A stretch of 64,000 bases of DNA. Origin: Tubulanus polymorphus. Taxonomy: Eukaryota; Animalia; Nemertea. A program made the position numbers and the translations under genes. The notes under the pieces were generated by a model, which did not search any database, was not told where the DNA came from, and saw nothing but the letters and a program-made list of their open reading frames with translations. The DNA is taken from positions 558,001 to 622,000 of the forward strand of contig NC_134025.1 of NCBI RefSeq assembly GCF_964204645.1, in the 5' to 3' direction. Within the stretch, counting starts at the first letter, position 1. Every line of letters begins with the position of its first letter. Shown here piece by piece: positions 1-11,030 of this stretch.

Positions 1-271
1 ACCTCCCCATAATCACTATCCACACAGTCAAAAGCAAAAACAAATAACAACTGAGGGTTCATGAGAACAATATATATATTTGTTTTACGCCACTGTACAA
101 AACCTTGACGACAGAAGAATAGAACCTCACAATGTACATCACCGCACAATGTCATTGAACTGTACATCATCGAGTTACATATCAAAATTACAACGAAAAA
201 AATAAATTTTTTCCACTTAATTTCACAATATTGCACATATACCTTACCGGTACTTAAACGGTTTAAAAGAT

Positions 272-680
272 TTACAGAGTTTCACCCCACGAGATGACTG
301 TCATTATCGTATTATAAGAGTGCAATAAACTGCCGATTTTACATTTTTTGCCGAGTTTCTTGTCTTTTTTAACGTTCTCCGAACTTTGATGAAAATGATC
401 GTGTCCTATTTCACCGTTGCCGAAGAATCCGTGTAGCGGAACGGTCGGAAAGTATTTTTTGAATAGATTAGCTTCGACATTTTGAGATCTGTAATGATGC
501 CAGCCCCGTCCAATACACGCGAACTGAAATCCTAAATTAAACGTACGCAGTTTATGAGAATCGTAAAGTTGTTTAATGCAGGTCTCCGCAGCTGCTGGTG
601 ATTTTATGGTCTCTGTTAATCTGCATGAAGACACTGACAAATGATCTCCACACAGAGCTAGACCAATACAGTAATCCTCT
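272..680 (-). CDS. FBXO22: FBXO22 exon 5 (FIST-C domain, stop codon)
   Basis: tttttcag acceptor; GFQFACIGRG...NVEANLFKKYFPTVPLHGFFGNGEIG...LLHSYNTIM matches the FBXO22 FIST-C signature (FAC.GRG, P..GFF..GEIG, LHSYT); TAA stop. Confidence 0.92.
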
Positions 681-841
681 CTGAAAAACACGAATAAAAC
701 TTCATATTATTAATGCCTGCAACCTTTAGTTAGAACCTGTAGTTCATTTTCAATTTTGAAATCTGAAGTTGTACAATCAGAAATTGGAAGAAATGAGATA
801 AAGTGTTGAATATCTGAAAGGGTGGAGAGTCCAAATTCATG

Positions 842-1032
842 AGGTGCAGGGTAGAGAGGCCGAGTTGAGGAGGAGCAGAGTAGAGAGGCCGAGTTGAAGA
901 GGTGCAGGGTAGAGAGGCCGAGTTGAGGAGGAGCAGAGTAGAGAGGCCGAGTTGAGGAGGAGCAGGGTAGAGAGGCCGAGTTGAGGAGGAGCAGGGTAGA
1001 GAGGCCGAGTTGAGGAGGAGCAGGGTAGAGAG
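842..1032. repeat. ~29-bp minisatellite in FBXO22 intron 4
   Basis: Unit gcagggtagagaggccgagttgaggagga, about 6 copies. Confidence 0.9.
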
Positions 1033-1084
1033 TGCATCAACAATTAAATAATGAAATGAAAATCAATGTTCAATGTTGACTTAC

Positions 1085-1451
1085 TCGAGACAACCGACCC
1101 ATGATAATTGATGCATCAATTCATATAACGGTTCATTCTGCAATAATATATTATCCACATAACCTCCGCTAATAACGATATCATCATAGATATTCATAAA
1201 CGTAATGATGAGATTATCAGTACGAGGATTCATTACGCCATCAACGACATAAAATATCAACAGAGCTTTAACGTTTTTATCTTTAGGAATGCCGAGATGT
1301 TCCTCGATATCGTCGCGTGTGTTTAAAACGACGTTATCTTGGTAAAGATGAATCGGATAAAATTCAACTGCGTCAGTTTTAGGAAGAAGTAGAATCGAAC
1401 CGGCGTCCGCTGACTCCATTTCAACACTTATAGAATTATCAGGAGTTGTTC
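1085..1451 (-). CDS. FBXO22: FBXO22 exon 4
   Basis: tttcag acceptor; GTTPDNSISVEMESADAGSILLLPK...IVISGGYVDN; GTAAGT donor, phase 2. Confidence 0.8.
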
Positions 1452-2253
1452 CTGAAAATACATTAATAAATAAACTGAATTCATCTCTATTTTTAGTTCT
1501 ATTTTTATCTTCAATTTGATAAAGGAGTGATTTTCAATACGTGCACGCGTGTAAGTACACTTTGTGATTTTATACTATAGATTAAGGATTAAGGGATTAT
1601 AGATTTTCCAGTACTGGATGTTTCGCTCCATCATACGGTCTGTACTGGGTATAAAAACCTGTGTGAAGCTGTTCTGAGGTCAGTCTGCTGTAGGAGCAAA
1701 TTCAACATATTTGTGAGTAATATGTAGAGTTACTTGTAAATCGTTTTTTGCTATTCAATTATTTCGGTCGATTCTTTTCTTTATCAATTGAATAATTAGT
1801 ACATATTAAGAATTAATCAATATCTTCTAAGAATCATAGTAAGCGTTTTGTTTGTTTCTCTTGTAGAAACTGTTTTAAATAAATCCGAATCCTGGCGAAA
1901 TAAATAGTTCAATTAAATGGAAGACATCGGTCTGTTTCCACCATACAGCATTCACACAATAACGCTTCTCAGATTCAACTGCTGGTAAATCATATTCATA
2001 ATTTCTCACGTTTTATATGAACCCTTCTGGGCGAGTGCTACCCGCTAACCTTTGAAAATCTCAATACAAGTTATTGGCAAATGAACTTATGAACTTAATT
2101 TTGATCAAGTTGTCCTGATGATAGCGGGATTGCTTACAACTAGCGACACCTGGTGGATCCTTGCTTACCATAAGTGGAAACCTCAATTATAGCATTCATT
2201 GCCTATTCAGCTTATCTTTAATCTACTATAAGAGTAAATGTTGATAAACTCAC

Positions 2254-2470
2254 CTATAATTCCCTCAGTTGTTAATCCCAGTAACATACACTCATCTGGT
2301 AACATAGTTTTAACGTAATCCATCACGTTCTGTTTGTATAATTTTGTCGCTCGTTGCGTCGAGTTACGACGATGATTCGGTTTAACGACACTCGACGGCA
2401 CGGCGACCGGTTTCTCGAACACCGGCGTACAACAGAAAAACATCGCTATATTAGGCTCACTCGACAGATT
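2254..2470 (-). CDS. FBXO22: FBXO22 exon 3
   Basis: tttttcag acceptor; NLSSEPNIAMFFC...LPDECMLLGLTTEGII; GTGAG donor, phase 1. Confidence 0.85.
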
Positions 2471-2724
2471 CTGAAAAATCATCGGAAAATTAGATCGAAT
2501 CAAACCAAGTGATCATCGATCTTCATCTGAAAACATTTAGAAATTCCCTGAAGAAAAGTAACTGTAAACAGTACCTGAGAATTACTGAGAAACTGAAGTC
2601 TTTGTATTTGTGACTATCATTTGTATATCTACGACTTACAAATTTCACTTTGTAAATTGAATAATTGGAAATCTCTGGGGAACTCACGGGTACACTCCTC
2701 TACTGACTGTGAATTAATCCTCAC

Positions 2725-2863
2725 CTGAACGGCCTTCGAGAATTGTTCATGAAACAACTTTCCAAAATCCTCCAAATGATAAGGAATTGTCGACATAAAC
2801 CAAGATGGCTGCTTTCGATGTTTCTTGATTCTTTTTACTTGTTCATTCCAACTCTTACAAACC
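2725..2863 (-). CDS. FBXO22: FBXO22 exon 2
   Basis: AG acceptor; VCKSWNEQVKRIKKHRKQPSWF...SKAVQ completes the F-box; GTGAG donor, phase 0. Confidence 0.85.
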
Positions 2864-3164
2864 CTTAAATAAAAGAAGAAATGTTTAACTACACATGGAT
2901 ACCAGAATAGGTCATTGACGACGCTTGTTTTATTCACTATCAAATTGTGACGAGCTCCTTTGCTCTTCGTATTTAGGGGGCCTAATTGCACCACCCCCCT
3001 TGTGGGGTATCCCGTTATTTCCCAAAGGAGGGGACAGTAACAATGACTGGTATTCATTCAGACTAGCCCTCTACTATTTTACCCGTCCTGGCCCTCCGCT
3101 CCCCAACCCGCCCGGGACTTTAAGCGCATTTTCCTTTTCATTGAGAGTTTTACCCCCATTTTAC

Positions 3165-3298
3165 CTAGCGCATGTATTCAAACTCTTCATCGGTAATTTT
3201 TTAAGAACATATTCGCTGATTTCGGGTAAATCGACGAGCAAATTGAACGAATAATTTCTCGATTCGGCTTCATCCGAATCATTCGCTACGTCCGCCAT
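3165..3298 (-). CDS. FBXO22: F-box only protein 22, exon 1 (start codon, first half of F-box)
   Basis: ATG at 3298 gives MADVANDSDEAESRNYSFNLLVDLPEISEYVLKKLPMKSLNTCAR (F-box pattern LPE..YVL..LP...L..CARVCKSW). GT donor at 3164, phase 2. Full join 3298-3165, 2863-2725, 2470-2254, 1451-1085, 680-272 = 1266 nt = 421 aa with consistent phases. Confidence 0.85.
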
Positions 3299-4893
3299 TT
3301 TGTTTGATCACATGACCATCAATTTTATTTTCAAGTTCGAGTCCCATGATTTTCAGAAACCTAACTATTATTTGCAAATGATCTTTCCTTCGACGGCTAC
3401 GCAGGCAGCAGTTAGCGGCAAATTTCATAATTTTCTTTATAAGCTTTTGCAATATACTTATTGTTTCACTGTAAATCAATATGATTGTGAATATGAATGA
3501 ACATGATCCGAAAACTTTTACGTTAAAAAGAACTTATGAACTCGAGCATTACGGGATATATAGATGCAATAAGTCAATACTACGTAAATATACTATCTAG
3601 TCGCGATCCCGACATAGGGACCACAAATTTCTCGTATTGAAATTCTGATATTTTTATTACCACTGGTATATGATCACTGTAGAAGTCATTATCGAAATGA
3701 AATGTCGATCGTGTTCCACGGTTTTGATTTCCCCCTTTCAAGTCATCATTTTTATTTTTAAGATGAATACCCTCCGCCATCATTCAACCGAGACCAAATC
3801 GAATGGTCCAGATGTTGAGTCTGGATCCGAATACAGATCCATCAAAAACTAAATGTGATTCTCAAAAAAGTTTCTTTATTATTAAACAAGAAGCGAAATT
3901 CTAATATGGACTTTCGTAAATTTACACGATGATGAACCGTTTAATCCAGTATCAATATTAAAGGAAAAAAAAATTTTTTCAAATTATGAGTGGTAAAAAA
4001 TGATATTTTTTTGGCAGAATTTCAGAGGATCGGTGCTCCAAGTAATTAAAACAGCCTAACATGTCTCCCCTCAATTGAATCAAGGAGTTTTTAATGAAAA
4101 AAAAGCGAGATTCTATTGACGGGATTCTGCGGTAACAGCATGGATGATGGGCACGAATACATGGTAGTGGGTTTCCCCCCAATGACTCATATAGACCGCT
4201 TTCCTCGTGCATGATGTGAGTTAGTTATCTCGGGGTCCATGAACTTACGTAGTTGTGACTAAATAAACTAATTTCATTAGTAAATGTTTACGCGGATTCT
4301 ATGTTATCGAAGACCTGTGTTGGTGTGAATCTTTAACTGAAGAGCTATCGGTCGGTATAATTTATAAATTATTCTAGAATTTAAGAAAAAACAGGCGGCG
4401 GCTAATAAATACGGAGGTAGCTGTTAGTGTTGGGAATCAAGTAATTTATTTCATGGCCTTATTAAAGTTCCTCCACTATATTGTTCAGCTGACTACTGGC
4501 GCGTATTCAACCCGGCAGTGGAACCTTTCATAATGTTAACCCATTCAACAATAGAGACACAATTGCGGTCTTTCAGAGTTGTTCTTATCTTTCGCATGCG
4601 CTATTGAATACGTAACCGGCTGACCACGGTGTACACAAGCATAGACCATTCACCTCTGCACACTCACACTGTGAACATGCTACCGTGGATTCTCCTCCTG
4701 GCGATTTTCGCTGCGCTCCCGCTCCTGCTCCTGTTCCTGCTTCCTGAGGAACGACGTCTTTATGTTTTATGTGTTACTGTTCGTCTCTGTGCTGTCCTGT
4801 ACTGTTCCGTGTTAATTAATCCGTTCTATTTTTCAGCAATTAACCAGTTTTATTTTTCAGGGCCGATTTCTCTGTCGAATTTCAACGTTTGCT

Positions 4894-5129
4894 GGAACAA
4901 AACTAATGTCCGAAAGCGTCGGCTCTCCTTCGCCGGTCACGTGTCGAGGATGTCAGACAAAGAGTCGGTCAGGAAATTCTGCCCTCTACACGCCCTCATA
5001 CGGAACACGAAAACCAGGATGACGATACCTCACTGCCCCCACCTATCTACAAAGTGTGCTGAGTGATGTCAATGACGGGCATATCTGTGGGATTGCGCGG
5101 GATACAAATGGAGCGGTTATACTGGATTG
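4894..5129 (+). mobile_element. Degenerate 3' fragment of an RTE-clade non-LTR retrotransposon; left arm of inverted repeat
   Basis: Translates as VRKRRLSFAGHVSRM.D.E..R followed by (frameshifted) ALYTPSYGTRKPG, resembling the RTE C-terminal motif R.RRL.[FW].GH..RM...G.R..G. Confidence 0.65.
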
Positions 5130-5430
5130 TCACGCTACTAGCATTCATTGTGTCCTTGTGACCGCCCGGATGAGGGATGATTCTACTGTCACGCTCTTTG
5201 TTTCTGGTATTCTGAGTCGGCTGAGGGATGATTCTACTGTCACGCTCTTTGATTTCTAGTTTGAGTGCTAGTTTTCATTGTGTCCTTGTGACAACCTCGG
5301 TCAGTGGATGAAGTCTCTCGTCGGCTTGTGAGTGCTAGTTTCATTGTGTCCTTGTGACAACCTCGGTCAGTGGATGAAGTCTCTTGTCACGCTTTTGGGT
5401 GCTAGTTGAGATCCTGAATCTCAACCCGGT

Positions 5431-5669
5431 CAAGCTGGTTGTACTGCGCTATTTGTGTTTCGTGCAATTTTACAGGTTTGTCAGTTACTGACGTCGCCCA
5501 GTACATCCTGCAGTTAGATGGGGAATGTGAGGCGTTGTCATTCTGGTTTTCGCGTTCTGTGTGAGGGCGTGTAGAGGGCAGTATATTCCTGGCTGGCTCA
5601 TTGTCTGGTGTTCTCGGCACGTGACCGGCGACGGAGAGCTGTAAAGCTTTCGGACATTAGTTTTGTTCC
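5431..5669 (-). mobile_element. Second, inverted copy of the same RTE fragment; right arm
   Basis: Reverse complement aligns end to end with 4894-5129 (about 75-80% identity); reads QLSVAGHVPRTPDNEPARN..ALYTPSHRTRKP. Confidence 0.65.
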
Positions 5670-6930
5670 GTACCAGGTTTTCATCGCTCTTCTCTTTTTT
5701 TTCATTTCAGGACTCCCAAGATGAAGAAGAAGATGCTGAAGGCGACTACAGAAGATGGCGAAAAAGGAACACTGAACTCAGCAATATTGAAAGTTAAGTT
5801 GATACACATGTAAATTACGATGTATGATACAGAAAGGATTGTGTAACTACAGAATATCGTTCTTTTACTCATTTCAGGTTAATCCAGAACGGCCCATTTA
5901 AAATCTGCCCACCAGAAGTGCCCACAAAAGACTCCACGTTGAATGAACCAAACGTCGAAAGTCCTGCTGCAACCAAACCTGGCAGTCTCATCCTGCATGG
6001 CAACAGGAATGCATACATACATAAAGCTAAGTTGATTTTTCATATCTGGGGTAGAATGCATAGACACTGGAGAGGATAGAGACGCTGGTCGAGCTCACCA
6101 TCTCCGCACTACTTTATTGAAGCTCTGTGGCCGGTAGTAAATTGAAATATAGCTAGGGCAATGATTGCTTGAATATTTACAATATTAGATGAAATGATTG
6201 AGTGAGGTCCCTTGAATATTCTTTGGTCTGATAATCAAAATGTAGATTGGTCAGTTATTGATTAAAAGATTTTTTAAGTATGTACAATTAAGGTAAATTC
6301 AATATCTTATAAAATTTTCCGAATGTACCGTAGATATTTCAGGCCTCATATGACTATTGTTTAACTGACAATCAAGATATAGATAGGACAATTTACTAAT
6401 TAACCAATCGCTTAGATATTAGCAATCATTCAATATCTTATAATGTTTGACGAGAAACTCTTCTAGTGTAGATATTTTTAGGGCCCCGTTTACATTAAGG
6501 CAGGCTTTACCTGTAAAGATATATATCAATCAAATTTATCGTCAGTTAATAGTTTTTTTTACAAATAGTATATTGATACATTTATAAACATTCAGGCACT
6601 TTACAGTATATATTATATGCTGCTTTACCCATTGCATTAATGAATTTCTGGGGGAAAGATGTATAAAATAGTGTCTAGGGCTCTATCGAGATCTGGTGTA
6701 ATATATATATGGGGAAATCTATGGACTGCGGGTTTTTCAGAAACCTTGATTAGGTCTCACCACTTTGATAAATATAGAATAAAACAAAGCTTTAATTGAT
6801 TCAAATCATTCCACAGAGCCATACTTGTGCCTTGTTTTGTGCTATGATAATTATTTAACTGAAAATTATCATGTATATATAGCTAGGACAAATTGCTCAT
6901 TAACCAATGGCTTAGATCCACAATTAAGTT

Positions 6931-7900
6931 GAATTCAATATTTCATGTAAGATCAAAAACTATTTATATGTAATACAGGTCCATAATATAAATGTTGTTA
7001 AACTGAAAATTTAAATATAGCTGATATATGTATGAGCACATCTGAATCAGTCTCATCGACTGATCAGTATTTACATCTCCAACTGCCGTGCTTACGGCGA
7101 CTGGTCATGGTCTTCAATGTTGCCAAAATTTACCAAAACTTAACTGATTCATCTAAAAGCCATACTGTGTGTCAAGTTACGCATAATAGATATTGTTTAA
7201 CTGACAATTAGAATCAAAGGTGAATAACACATTAATATATTACTATAAGATATATACGATTAAGGTAACTTCAATATGTTATTTGAAATAGTTTTTAATT
7301 CAGGTCCATGGACATTTAAAGCACATTTATTTATCTGTATCTAAGTATTGTGTCTTCATACAGCTGTATTAGTTTTGATACATATTGCCAAAATCATTTC
7401 ACGCAGATTTACTTCCGATCGAAGGGAGATAAAACAAATCTGTACGTGCACAAATACATTCCTGAATTTGGAAGGGGGAATATTTCAATTTCACTGTGTA
7501 TGTCGGATTGAGAGCCTTATTCTGACAGGATATCCTTAACTTAGGTCTTATTCCTCTTGCTAATAGCTCTCTTTTACTAACCCCTCTCCTTCAAACTATT
7601 TTCTAGCATCATGTCTTGCACCGCACCAGGGAGGTCCGGTCATAACAAGGTCTTTCGATCCTTATACACAGTGTACTACTATAAAAGTGAAATAAAGATT
7701 ATATAGCAATTCGGCTATAAGGGAATTTCTAATTTACCACTAAAAATGTGCTTTTATCTTAATTTCTGATGAATTCAAATAGTGATGGATTCACCACATC
7801 TGAAATTCTACTCATGTAGATTTTCAGGCTCCATGTTCAACTGACTATCAAAATGTAGCTAGTATGATTACTAATTAACGGATTGCTTAGATATCTAGAA
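6931..7900 (+). repeat. ~1-kb direct duplication, copy 1 (copy 2 at 12192-13200)
   Basis: Colinear similarity; core 7347-7677 differs from 12641-12971 at only 2 positions. Confidence 0.92.
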
Positions 7901-8128
7901 GATTTATTAAAATCATGATTACAAGATCATTGTATATATTAGGAGCAATATTTAGAATCACTGAAATGGATTAGAATACCAATTACTGGATACAGATGTC
8001 ACCATCTGTGGTACTAGAAAACATCTCTTAAAGTTTATTAATTGACGATGAAGTTAATTTGATAATACGAATCTGGTTTAGCCGACAATCGAAATGTATA
8101 TAGGGCAATATTACTAACTGTATGATGG

Positions 8129-8224
8129 GCCTGGGTTTCAATAAAAGTCTACTAGCGCCTGGGTTTGAATAAAAGCCTACTGGTGCCTGGGTTTCAATTA
8201 AAGCCTACTGGCGCCTGGGTTTCA
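8129..8224 (+). repeat. 28-bp tandem repeat (3.4 copies) with hairpin and AATAAA/ATTAAA
   Basis: Units gcctgggtttcaataaaagtctactagc start at 8129, 8157, 8185 and 8213. Confidence 0.85.
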
Positions 8225-9199
8225 TAGAGAAAGAGACACATCAAGAATTAACAAAGGTAGAAGAGAAAAACAGTAGAAAAACAATTTGATAAGATTTATT
8301 ATGCATTACTAAATATGTTGTAACTCTGGTATTCCTGAAGATGACTATAGATGCTTTAATCGAATTGCTGTTAAACTATAATAATCAACCATTGCTTAGA
8401 TATCTAGAATATAGATGAATAACAATATGAGTTGAATTTCATATAAATATCATTTAATAATTGACTATTATCAAAATCTACGTATCGGTCCACATTGACG
8501 ATCCTATATTTGAATTGACACGTTAATTATGATCAGTGATATTCGAAAGGATTTTCTGCTCACAAGATTCTGCTCTTTTTTCCAGCTAAACTACTAATCG
8601 TCTAGTCATAGAATGTACAAAATGATCTTCAACCTTGTAATATAGATATCAAAAATCTCGATGTATTAAAATAGGCAGAAAAAAAGTTAACCCAAATCAG
8701 TCGCTTTCTGACTGGTTAGAAGATTGTTTGAGTGAACTGGAACAAAATTTCGCAATTGCTTGGATTTAAAGAAAGAAAATTATGTAAACTTGATCACACA
8801 ACTATATCTGTACTTTGATTTGGAAAAAAAAATTAGACAAAATTATCTTCAACCTTGTAAACTTTCGGACTACTTATACGAAAAAAATGACCAAATATTA
8901 AAAAATTATCGAAAAAAAATTATGTAAAATCGACTGACGATCACACAACTATATCTGTACTTCGATTTCCGATTTTGAAAAAAAAAAACGCCTGTTTCGC
9001 TCCCGGCAGGTGTGGTGGGTTTGTAAGGGACACCAACTCAAATCAACCAAACGAAATCTACCAATCGCCCGCAGAAGAATCAAACCAATTCAGATGATCA
9101 TCACCAATACTCAACCAAACGAAATCTACCAATCGCCCGCAGAAAAATCCAACCAACTCAGAAGATTGTCACCGATACTCAACCAATCAATCTTGACAT

Positions 9200-11030
9200 G
9201 TAAGTTTATTTTTATGGAAATTATTATGATTAATTCTAAATGAAATATTTTGTCATTACAGGATATCTTTTATTACAGCTGAATTTCAACTATAAGAAAA
9301 AACCCAGCTTGAGATCAACAACTCGTCCAAAATCGACCAACTGGAACAGTGCACAGATGAGGCCAACTAACTAACCAACTAATAGGATAATCGCCGATAA
9401 CCAAGCAATCATAAAAGGTAACATGATATACATGGAATTATTACGATTTATTCTTATTGAAATATTTTGTCATTACAGGATATCTTCTTTTAATCATTGC
9501 AGCTAAATTTCATTTATCAGAAAAACCCAGCTTGAGATCAACTACTCGTCATCAAAATCAACCAACTGGAACAGCGCACAGATGAGGCCAATTAGAATTC
9601 AACTCATTTACCAACCAACTTAGATGATTCACGCCGATTACGAACCAAGCAATCATAAAAGGTAACTTGATATACATGAAATTGCTACGATTTATTCTAA
9701 TTGAAATATTTTGTCATTACAGGATATCTTCTTTTAATCATTGCAGCTAAATTTCAACTATCAGAAAAAACCCAGCTTGAGATCAACTACTCATCCAAAA
9801 TCTACCAACTGGAACAGTGCACAGATGACGTCAACTAACTAACCAACTAGTAGGATAATCGCCGATGACCAAGCAATCATAAAAGGTAACTTGATATACA
9901 TGAAATTGCTACGATTTATTCTTATTGAAATATTTTGTCATTACAGGATATCTTCTTTTAGTCATTACAGCTAAATTTCAACTATCAGAAAAAACCCAGC
10001 TTGAGATCAACTACTCGTCCAAAATCAACCAACTGGAACAGTGCACAGATGAGGCCAATTAGAATTCAACTCATTTACCAACAAACTTGGATGATCCACG
10101 CCGATTACGAACCAAACAATTTTAAAAGGTAACTTGATATACATGAAATTATTATGATTAATTCTTATTGAAATATTTTGTCATTACAGGATATCTTCTT
10201 TTAATCATTGCAGCTAAATTTCAATTATGAGAAAAACCCAGCTTGAGATCAACTACTCGTCCAAAATCGACCAACTGGAACAACGCACAGATGAGGCCAA
10301 CTATCTAACCAACTCATAGGATAATCGCCGATAACCAAGCAATCATAAAAGGTAATTTGATATACATGAAATTATTTCGATAAATTCTAAATGAAATATT
10401 TTTTCATTACAGGATATCTTCTTTTAATCATTGCAGCTAAATTTCAACTAAGAGAAAAAACCCAGCTTGAGATCAACTACTCGTCCAAAATCGACCAAAT
10501 GGAACAGTGCACAGATGAGGCCAACTAATAAGATAATCGCCGATAATGACCCAAACATAAAAGGTAACTTGATATATGTGGAATTATTTCGATAAATTCT
10601 AAATGAAATATTTTGTGTCATTACAGGATATCTTTGTTTGCTCATTTCAGCTAAATCCTATCCATATGAAACTGCCCAGCTTTAAATCAACGACTCATCA
10701 AATATCTACAGATAAGCCCAGCCCACTGAACAATCCAAGCTTGAATCAAATACATCATCAATTGCATCAACCAATCGTTCTAACCGATACTGAACCCAGC
10801 AAACTTGAAATGTAAGTCGATTTTGTATGGAAATTATTATGATAAATTCTGAAAGAAATATTTTGTTATTACAGGATATCTTCTTTTAATCATTGCAGCT
10901 GAATTTCAACTATAAGAAAAAGCCCAGCTTGAGATCAACTACTCGTCCAAAATCTACAAACTGGAACGGTGCACAGAAAAGACCAGAACTGAACCCAGCA
11001 TTCTTTAAAGTAAGTTGATATACATGAAAT
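9200..11030 (+). repeat. Tandem array of 8 intron+exon units (~215-250 bp)
   Basis: Each unit is GTAA...61-63 nt...cattacAG followed by a ~135-185-nt A/C-rich exon-like segment; units 1-5 alternate between types A and B. Confidence 0.9.

Noticed and set aside
1560-1960. Solo-LTR-like segment in FBXO22 intron 3 (TATAAAA, gtgagt...ttgtag, AATAAA)
   Set aside because: Could not define TG...CA ends with a matching TSD.
4629-5066. 145-aa ORF with signal-peptide-like MLPWILLLAIFAALPLLLL
   Set aside because: The hydrophobicity comes from CT-rich low-complexity DNA, and the frame runs through polypyrimidine/AG acceptor tracts into a decayed RTE fragment. A micropeptide cannot be fully excluded.
7348-7539. 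Duplicated 63-77-aa ORF (also 12600-12833)
   Set aside because: Non-ATG starts and no recognisable domain; the near-identical block extends well beyond the stop codon, which fits RNA-level constraint or recent duplication better.
7570-7600. Telomerase RNA template (ctaacccct) next to a possible pseudoknot
   Set aside because: It has four C's rather than CTAACCCT(AA), the template would overlap the pseudoknot strand, and I recognise no CR4/5 or H/ACA domain.
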